From positions 32,109-96,108 of the forward strand of contig JAHITU010000001.1 of assembly GCA_018817595.1 (NCBI GenBank): a stretch of DNA of 64,000 nucleotides, written 5' to 3'. Positions within the stretch are counted from its first letter, which is position 1. Every line of letters begins with the position of its first letter. The notes under the pieces are model-generated. The model saw only the letters and a list, made by a program, of their open reading frames with translations, did not search any database and was not told where the DNA came from. The position numbers were made by a program, and so were the translations under genes. Shown here one piece after another: positions 57,588 to 64,000 of this stretch. Origin of the DNA: Patescibacteria group bacterium. Lineage in GTDB: Bacteria > Patescibacteriota > Minisyncoccia > Phycocordibacterales > UBA12079.

Positions 57588-57627
57588 CCTGCCTGCCCCT
57601 GCGCGCCGGCAGGCGTGGGCAGGCAGG
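57588..57627. repeat. Family-A repeat copy
   Basis: cctgcctgcccctgcgcgccggcaggcgtgggcaggcagg, directly 3' of the stop of 57640-58116. Confidence 0.8.
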
Positions 57628-57639
57628 TTTCCTAAAAAG

Positions 57640-58116
57640 CTATCTTGTGTATTTAAGAGTATTTCCCCTATCTAAATAAATCATCTCTAGATTGTTTTCA
57701 TCTAATTTTACAATTTGATAGAAAAATTGTTCACCTCCTGATACATAAAGCATATATTTTCCGTTTTCACTTTCAAGAGTTTCTCTTGTAATAGGATATT
57801 CGTCATAAAGCATAATTGGTCCTTCACTCATAGCTGCTCCGTCATAAAAATCAATTTTATATTTATCGCTGAATTCAATAACTGATTTTTCATCATCTAA
57901 TGATTTCCAAGGTCCTCTCATTTTTTCATAATTATTTAAACCAATTAAATCCCTTTCTTGGCTCTCCTGATTCCCTTGATTCTCTTGATTTTTCACAATG
58001 GAATCATTGTTAACGTCACTTTCCTCTAAATTTTCAATTGGTTTATCTAGAAAACTTAAACCAAACCATGCCAACAAAACAATTCCTATTAATATCCAAA
58101 TTTTTTCTGATTTCAT
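57640..58116 (-). CDS. Hypothetical secreted protein
   Basis: 158 aa. Signal/TM MKSEKIWILIGIVLLAWFGLSF. Confidence 0.45.
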   Translation of the reverse strand: MKSEKIWILIGIVLLAWFGLSFLDKPIENLEESDVNNDSIVKNQENQGNQESQERDLIGLNNYEKMRGPWKSLDDEKSVIEFSDKYKIDFYDGAAMSEGPIMLYDEYPITRETLESENGKYMLYVSGGEQFFYQIVKLDENNLEMIYLDRGNTLKYTR

Positions 58117-58314
58117 AATAATTAATATTATTAAACTAATAAAAATATTTTTTAAAAAATAACGATTTATGATTTAACTTTTAATTAATATCAAACGGGT
58201 TCAACTTTATAGACCTTACTTTATAGACTTTTCACTTATTTTAATTATAACATAAAAAAAGGCATTGAAAGATTAAAAACTCTTTCAATGCCTTATCGTC
58301 ACGATGGTCCTCTC

Positions 58315-58476
58315 TCACTTTTTTACTCTCCTTACTTTTCCTATTTTAGGAATATTTAAATGACCTCCTCGTCTTAATCTTTTCGCAATAAGACGAAGAA
58401 CAGTAGGTTCTCCTTTTAAAGTAATAAATTTGTTAGAACCACAAGTTTTCCTAACTTCTAATTTAATTTCTTTCAC
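58315..58476 (-). CDS. Small basic protein (53 aa, GTG start), possibly AbrB/MazE-fold-like
   Basis: AGGAGG 6 nt upstream of GTG(58476). Product MKEIKLEVRKTCGSNKFITLKGEPTVLRLIAKRLRRGGHLNIPKIGKVRRVKK. The listed 61-aa ORF starts at a TTG upstream of the RBS. Confidence 0.4.
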   Translation of the reverse strand: MKEIKLEVRKTCGSNKFITLKGEPTVLRLIAKRLRRGGHLNIPKIGKVRRVKK

Positions 58477-58659
58477 TTTTAACCTCCTTAAACAAAACAA
58501 TTAAAATAACAACCTTGTACCAACTTAACACATAGAGATTTAAATTCAAGGGATAAAAGCTTTTTAAATCTTTATATGAAAATTGGGTCAGGGTTTAAAA
58601 AATAAAACCCTGACCATGTTACTGAGGTCTTATAAAGGCCACCAACCAAATAAAGAACT

Positions 58660-58713
58660 TTAGAGGATCACTGTAAAAAATACTGCCCCGATTATATCAC
58701 TAGCCGATATCAT
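58660..58713 (-). CDS. Candidate 17-aa hydrophobic leader peptide or small membrane peptide
   Basis: AGGAGG-acatt-ATG(58713). Product MISASDIIGAVFFTVIL. Followed by the hairpin ggtcagggttt...aaaccctgacc (58591-58622) and then the small basic gene. Confidence 0.25.
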   Translation of the reverse strand: MISASDIIGAVFFTVIL

Positions 58714-58876
58714 AATGTCCTCCTTATAAAAAACTATGATATTAAAATCAAATCAATTTAATGCTATGATAAACATATCATATTTATCCCGTTAGAGAAA
58801 GAAAAAAGAAAGATAAAAACGGGAAAAAATTATCAATTAAATTAAGGTAATTTATTAAGAGTAATTAGGGGCTAGT

Positions 58877-58914
58877 CCCGTTAGAAACACTTTTAATAAA
58901 GTATTTCTAACGGG
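58877..58914 (+). promoter_or_regulatory. 11-bp-stem hairpin ending 1 nt before the recG ATG, carrying the motif TCTAACGGG-ATG
   Basis: cccgttagaaa-[16 nt]-tttctaacggg then ATG at 58915. The GT4 gene at 9290-10387 also has TCTCTAACGGG directly before its ATG, on its own strand. Confidence 0.4.
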
Positions 58915-61092
58915 ATGAATTTAAATTCAACAATAGAAAAAGAATTTCGTATCAACGAAACTCAAAAAAAAGCTTTGAAGAGATTGGGTCTTAAAACTAT
59001 TGAAGACCTGCTTTTTTATTTCCCTAATCGATACGAAAGCACCGAAGATCTGAGAGAAATCAAAGGCTTAAAAAAGGGAGAGAAAATAATTCTCTACGCC
59101 CAAGTCAAAAAAATCAAAGCCACTAAAGCCTATTACAAAAAAATTCCTATGACCGAAGCTGTCCTTGAAGATGCTTCCGGAGTAATTACTGCCATTTGGT
59201 TTCGCCAAGCCTATATCTCTAAAATGCTTCCTGAAGGCTCTTTTGCTAAGTTTACCGGTACTATTTCTGAACGAAATGGTAAATTATATTTAGCCAATCC
59301 AGAATATCATGAGGTCAGCACTTTGCCGATTATTTCTGATGAATCATTATTCTCGGAGAAAGACAAAGATTCTTTTGTTCTCCCGATTTACCCTGAAACC
59401 CGAGGTTTAAGTTCAAAATGGATTTACCATACAATTTTAAAAATATTTTCCGAAGGAGTAATGGACGAAATTCAAGATCCTATTTCTGAAAAAATTTTAA
59501 AAAAATACAATCTTCCAACCTTAAAAACGGCTTTGATTTGGATTCATACCCCTCAAAAAAAATCTGATGCCGAAGCTTCTAGAAAAAGATTCGCCTTTGA
59601 AGAAATTTTCTTTATTTCTCTTCTTCGAGCTAAACAAAAAACAGCTTATCAGAAAAATCCTTCTTTTAAAATTTCTAAAACAAGAAAAGAGCTGAAAGAT
59701 TTTATAGACCGCTTCCCCTTTAAACCGACAGATTCTCAAACAACATCAATCAAAACTATTTTAGATGATTTTAAAAAAGATTATGCTATGAATCGTTTAC
59801 TTGAAGGTGATGTGGGATCTGGAAAAACTGCGGTGGCTGCAGCGACTATTTATGCTATCACTACTACTGCTCCCAAAGACCGACCTTCGGCTCGATTGCA
59901 AACCGCCTATATGGTCCCGACGGAAATTTTAGCTAAACAACATTTTGAATCCTTTATTAAATTTTTTGAATATTTAAATATCAATATCGGACTGATTACT
60001 TCTTCAGGTTGTTTTAAATTTCCTTCCAAAGTGAACCCTACTGACTGGACTAAAATTTCTCGCTCTCAACTTCTGAAGTGGGTATCCAATGGTGAAATAC
60101 CCATCTTGATCGGGACACATTCTTTAATTCAAAAAACAGTTGAATTTAAAAATTTGGCTTTTATTGTTATCGATGAACAACATAAATTCGGAATATTACA
60201 AAGACAAAAATTAACTAGGAAAAATAGCACCGAGTCAGGCACAAAAGAACTTACTCCGCATTTATTATCTATGACAGCCACTCCTATTCCTCGAACATTG
60301 GCTTTGAGTATTTACGGAGACCTTGATTTAACCCTTTTGGATCAAATGCCTCATGGAAGAAAACCAATTATTACAGAAATAGTTACTCCGAATAAAAGAA
60401 ATCAAGCCTATGAACAAATAAAATTAGAACTTAAAAAAGGCAGACAAATGTATGTTATTTGTCCTCGCATTGAAGAAGCCGATCCTAATAAAGCCGGAGC
60501 CTTGAGAGTAAAATCAGTTGTCGAAGAAGCTAAAAGACTCAAAGCAGAAATATTTCCTGAATATGAAATAGGAGTCCTACATAGCAAAATGAAACCTGCG
60601 GAAAAAGAAGAAATTATGAATGCTTTCACAGAAGCCAAAATTGATATTTTAGTGGCTACTTCTGTGGTGGAAGTAGGAGTAAATGTTCCCAATGCTACTG
60701 TGATTATTTTAGAAGGAGCAGAGAGATTCGGGCTAGCTCAACTTCATCAATTAAGGGGACGAGTAATTCGTTCTAACCATCAAGCTTATTGTTTTGTTTT
60801 TAGTGACACCAAATCAGATAATACTATAAAAAGACTGAGTGCTTTAAAGACTGCCAAAAACGGATTTGAATTAGCTGAATTTGATTTAGAATTAAGAGGT
60901 TCTGGAGAGTTAATTGGAAATAAACAATGGGGAGTTTCTGATTTAGGAATGGAAGCTATTAAAAATCTTAAATTAGTAGAAGCTGCCCGCACAGAAGCCC
61001 AAAAATTAATAGAGGATAATCCTGATTTACAAGATTACCCCCTAACTGCTCAAAAAATCGCTAAAATTGAAAAACTTATTCATTTTGAATAG
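58915..61092 (+). CDS. recG: ATP-dependent DNA helicase RecG
   Basis: 725 aa. Wedge/OB N-domain, helicase motifs GDVGSGKT and VIDEQHKFG, and a RecG C-terminal region. Confidence 0.9.
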   Translation: MNLNSTIEKEFRINETQKKALKRLGLKTIEDLLFYFPNRYESTEDLREIKGLKKGEKIILYAQVKKIKATKAYYKKIPMTEAVLEDASGVITAIWFRQAYISKMLPEGSFAKFTGTISERNGKLYLANPEYHEVSTLPIISDESLFSEKDKDSFVLPIYPETRGLSSKWIYHTILKIFSEGVMDEIQDPISEKILKKYNLPTLKTALIWIHTPQKKSDAEASRKRFAFEEIFFISLLRAKQKTAYQKNPSFKISKTRKELKDFIDRFPFKPTDSQTTSIKTILDDFKKDYAMNRLLEGDVGSGKTAVAAATIYAITTTAPKDRPSARLQTAYMVPTEILAKQHFESFIKFFEYLNINIGLITSSGCFKFPSKVNPTDWTKISRSQLLKWVSNGEIPILIGTHSLIQKTVEFKNLAFIVIDEQHKFGILQRQKLTRKNSTESGTKELTPHLLSMTATPIPRTLALSIYGDLDLTLLDQMPHGRKPIITEIVTPNKRNQAYEQIKLELKKGRQMYVICPRIEEADPNKAGALRVKSVVEEAKRLKAEIFPEYEIGVLHSKMKPAEKEEIMNAFTEAKIDILVATSVVEVGVNVPNATVIILEGAERFGLAQLHQLRGRVIRSNHQAYCFVFSDTKSDNTIKRLSALKTAKNGFELAEFDLELRGSGELIGNKQWGVSDLGMEAIKNLKLVEAARTEAQKLIEDNPDLQDYPLTAQKIAKIEKLIHFE

Positions 61093-61146
61093 GAAGCACA
61101 AAATACTTAAAACCAAAGCTAAACGCTTTGGTTTTAAGTATTTTTG

Positions 61147-61219
61147 TGCGTGTGCCAGGACTCGAACCTGGGACCACAGAGGTATAAGCTCTGCGCTCTA
61201 CCAACTGAGCTACACACGC
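61147..61219 (-). tRNA. tRNA-Ile (anticodon UAU)
   Basis: Acceptor GCGTGTG/CACACGC, D arm GCTC-AGTTGGTA-GAGC, anticodon arm CAGAG-CUUAUAC-CTCTG, T arm CCCAG-GTTCGAGT-CCTGG. Followed by the hairpin aaccaaagc-taaac-gctttggtt. Confidence 0.65.
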
Positions 61220-61263
61220 ATTAGTATTTATAAATATTATCTCAAATCTCTATTTAAATCAAT

Positions 61264-61941
61264 CTATTCAACATAACTCAAACCCAATGCGAACTCTAAT
61301 ACTTTCTTACGGATATCCTTATTAAACAAGAATCCACTATGACCTGACCACAAATCTTCATGTTGAGAATCCTCTACATTAGAGTCTGGAAATAAAACCA
61401 TCCAATCAACATAACCTCCAAAAGAATATGTAGGCACATTCACTTCTTCTGGAACCTCCAAAAATGTTTTAGATTCTGCCACTCCAAGTGCATTAACTTT
61501 ATGAGGAGAAGCCATAGTAATTAACTTAACCACATTTCCGTTTTCAGCTTTTTCTATAATAGACTTAACTAATAAACCACCATAACTATGAGCAATAACT
61601 AATGTACTCTTACCATCATTCAAAATCTCTACCCCTTTATTAACTATTTTTTCAGTTTTATCATCTTGCCAATAAAAATAAACAAAATCATCAATAAAAA
61701 TAATTTCTTTTTCTGGAAAATTAAAGGTTAAATCCCTTTTCCAACGAACTAAATCTGAAGCATTAGTGTTTATTCCAGGAACAAAAAGAATTCTATCAAA
61801 ATTTATAGCTTCTGTATCAATATTTAGGGTATTTATTCCAGAACCAGTAGCTAAACCAACAGAATAAATCACAAACAAAGACACAACCACAATAATTGTT
61901 TTTTTGAAGATTTGAATTGTTATTTTTTTAAAAAATTTCAC
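61264..61941 (-). CDS. Secreted alpha/beta-hydrolase (lipase/esterase-like)
   Basis: 225 aa. N-terminal TM then GxSxG nucleophile elbow LVIAHSYGGLL. Confidence 0.65.
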   Translation of the reverse strand: MKFFKKITIQIFKKTIIVVVSLFVIYSVGLATGSGINTLNIDTEAINFDRILFVPGINTNASDLVRWKRDLTFNFPEKEIIFIDDFVYFYWQDDKTEKIVNKGVEILNDGKSTLVIAHSYGGLLVKSIIEKAENGNVVKLITMASPHKVNALGVAESKTFLEVPEEVNVPTYSFGGYVDWMVLFPDSNVEDSQHEDLWSGHSGFLFNKDIRKKVLEFALGLSYVE

Positions 61942-61954
61942 TTTATTAACATTT

Positions 61955-63922
61955 CTATTTACTCAAACCCATAGATGGTTTAATAAAATCCTTTGGTTCA
62001 ATCCCGTTCAAAATTAAAAGCTTTTCATATTCATTTCTCTCTAAAGTTTCCACTTCCATTAACTTTTCTGAAATCATTTTCAAAGCTCCTTTATGTTCTT
62101 CCAAAATTTTTTGAACTTTAAGCATTTCTCCTTTTATAATTTCTTCTACCTCATTGTCAATTTCTTTTGCAGTCTCTTCTGAGTAATTATTACTTTCCGT
62201 TCCATAATTTGGCAACAACAATTTAGAACTTTTTTCATAAGCAATCGGTCCTAGTTTTTCAGACATTCCATATTTTGTCACCATATTTCTAGCTAAAGCA
62301 GAAGCAACCTGTAAATCATTTGAAGCTCCTGTAGTAACATCCCCAAAAATCATTTTTTCGGTTAGATAACCTCCTAGAGAAACACCAATATCATCTAAGA
62401 AATACTTTTTAGAATATAAACTCTTTTCTTCGTCAGGTAATTTAATGGTATAACCAGCGGCTCTTCCACGAGAAACCACTGATATTTTGTGAACAGGGTC
62501 AGCATAAGGTAATAAAGTCGCTGTCAAAGCATGCCCTATTTCATGATAAGCAATTATTTTCTTTTCTTCATCTGTCATAATATGACTTCTTCTTTCTGGT
62601 CCCAACATTACTTTTTCAATTGAACGCACTAAATCAAATTGAGATATTTTTTTGCGGCTTTCCCGAGCTGCCAAAATCGCTCCTTCGTTCATTAATGATT
62701 GCAAATCAGCACCAGAAAATCCTGGGGTTCTCTCTGCGATTGTTTCAAGATTAACATCCTCTGCAAAAGGTTTCTTTTTTGAATGAATTTTTAAAATAGC
62801 TTCTCTATCTTTTCTGTCAGGAGCATCTATCATTACTCTTCGGTCAAACCTTCCTGGGCGTAACAAAGCAGGATCCAAAACATCTGGTCTATTTGTAGCA
62901 GCCAAAACAATTACTTTTCCATTCGGGTCAAATCCGTCCATCTCTACTAGGATTTGATTTAAGGTTTGTTCTCTTTCGTCATTTCCCCCTCCTGTTCCTA
63001 CCCCTCTAGCTCTTCCGACAGCATCAATTTCATCAATAAAAATAATTGAGGGGGCCATTTTTTTAGCCACACCAAATAGATCCCGCACTCTTGAAGCACC
63101 TACCCCTACAAACATTTCTACGAATTCAGAACCAGAAATAGAAAAGAATGGGACATTAGCTTCTCCTGCCACAGCCCTAGCTAACAAAGTTTTCCCAGTT
63201 CCAGGAGCTCCCATTAGCAAAACTCCTTTAGGAATTTCTGCTCCAATATCCAAGAACTTTTTAGGACTTTTTAGAAAATCTACTATTTCAGATAATTCTT
63301 CTTTAGCTTCTTTTACTCCGGCTACATCCTTGAAAGTCACTTTTTGTTTTGTGTCTTTTGGGTCTGTTAGACGAGCTTTAGAACTTCCAAAAGAAAAAGC
63401 TTGCATACTAGAACCTTTGACTTGTCTTGAGATATACCAAAAGAAAATGAAGATAAATAAAACTGGGATTAAGAAAGGGGCTAACATCAACAACATAAAT
63501 TGAAGTCCTGATTCTTTTTTAACTACTATATTAATTGTATTTAATTGTTCAGGTGTGATTCCATAATTGATTAGAGATTCAGAAAGTGAAGACTCTGTTT
63601 CTTTTTTAGCTTCTTTAATAGTTTCATCTATATATAGAACAGAAAGCTTTTCTCCTTCTATTTCAATAGATTGCACCTCCCCCGCTGTAATTCCACTGAC
63701 TAATTCAGAAATAGAAATTTCTTCAATCTCCTTATTTCCCTCTTGAATCATTGAGTAGGCTATCAAAATCAACAAGAAAATTATAATTGTATTAAAAATA
63801 TTTTTTAAAAACCCAAATTTAGTAGGTTTTTTACTTAAATTCAAACCTAAGAATGATTTGTTCTTAAGTTTGATTGGGCTACTTTTTTTATTATTATTTT
63901 TTGTGTTATGTTTTTTTGCCAT
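61955..63922 (-). CDS. ftsH: ATP-dependent zinc metalloprotease FtsH
   Basis: 655 aa. Two TM segments, AAA Walker [12 protein letters not shown], and HEIGH zinc motif. Confidence 0.9.
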   Translation of the reverse strand: MAKKHNTKNNNKKSSPIKLKNKSFLGLNLSKKPTKFGFLKNIFNTIIIFLLILIAYSMIQEGNKEIEEISISELVSGITAGEVQSIEIEGEKLSVLYIDETIKEAKKETESSLSESLINYGITPEQLNTINIVVKKESGLQFMLLMLAPFLIPVLFIFIFFWYISRQVKGSSMQAFSFGSSKARLTDPKDTKQKVTFKDVAGVKEAKEELSEIVDFLKSPKKFLDIGAEIPKGVLLMGAPGTGKTLLARAVAGEANVPFFSISGSEFVEMFVGVGASRVRDLFGVAKKMAPSIIFIDEIDAVGRARGVGTGGGNDEREQTLNQILVEMDGFDPNGKVIVLAATNRPDVLDPALLRPGRFDRRVMIDAPDRKDREAILKIHSKKKPFAEDVNLETIAERTPGFSGADLQSLMNEGAILAARESRKKISQFDLVRSIEKVMLGPERRSHIMTDEEKKIIAYHEIGHALTATLLPYADPVHKISVVSRGRAAGYTIKLPDEEKSLYSKKYFLDDIGVSLGGYLTEKMIFGDVTTGASNDLQVASALARNMVTKYGMSEKLGPIAYEKSSKLLLPNYGTESNNYSEETAKEIDNEVEEIIKGEMLKVQKILEEHKGALKMISEKLMEVETLERNEYEKLLILNGIEPKDFIKPSMGLSK

Positions 63923-64000
63923 ATTTTTTACAATTTTTAGTTTTTATTTTTCCAATCTATTATACATCAAAGTCCCCCTTTTAAAAATCTTGTTAAGATT

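Overview
This 64 kb window is AT-rich (roughly 30% GC) and almost all coding is on the minus strand. The gene content looks like a small-genome Patescibacteria/CPR-type bacterium. That placement is an inference from content only: many GT4 glycosyltransferases, a lamin-tail-domain (LTD) surface protein, a complete type IV pilus locus, and housekeeping genes (gatCA, ligA, rsmI, recG, ftsH).

Layout, left to right:
- 0-15.6 kb: a cell-envelope glycan cluster of about 10 glycosyltransferases (GT4, GT9), three to four methyltransferases and an epimerase. A solitary MazF-like gene, a kinase-like gene and an HD-domain gene are interspersed.
- 15.6-19.5 kb: an LTD surface protein overlapping a soluble TraD/VirD4-like ATPase.
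- 23.6-25.6 kb: a tRNA cluster on the minus strand with Thr(CGU), Thr(GGU), Asp, Met and an initiator-like CAU tRNA. It is filled with tRNA-derived fragments, GC-rich palindromes and tandem repeats. An HTH plus LAGLIDADG-like ORF abuts it.
- 26.6-30.7 kb: gatA, gatC, ligA.
- 30.9-44 kb: a type IV pilus locus with six prepilin-like genes, pilD, pilC, pilT, pilB, pilMNO(P) and comF.
- 44.7-55.4 kb: an accessory island bounded by a 20-nt direct repeat of the tRNA-Ser(GCU) 3' end. It carries a large serine recombinase and a ParB-DNA methyltransferase fusion. It also carries a LexA-like repressor and a co-directional operon with a putative PD-(D/E)xK nuclease, a DUF4160-like protein and an HEPN-like protein. 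I read it as an integrated element with a candidate defence module.
- 55.4-64 kb: tRNA-Ser, small unlisted ORFs, a GC-rich structured segment, recG, tRNA-Ile(UAU), a hydrolase and ftsH.

Intergenic DNA is populated by several short repeat families. Two of them occur in-frame inside coding sequences.
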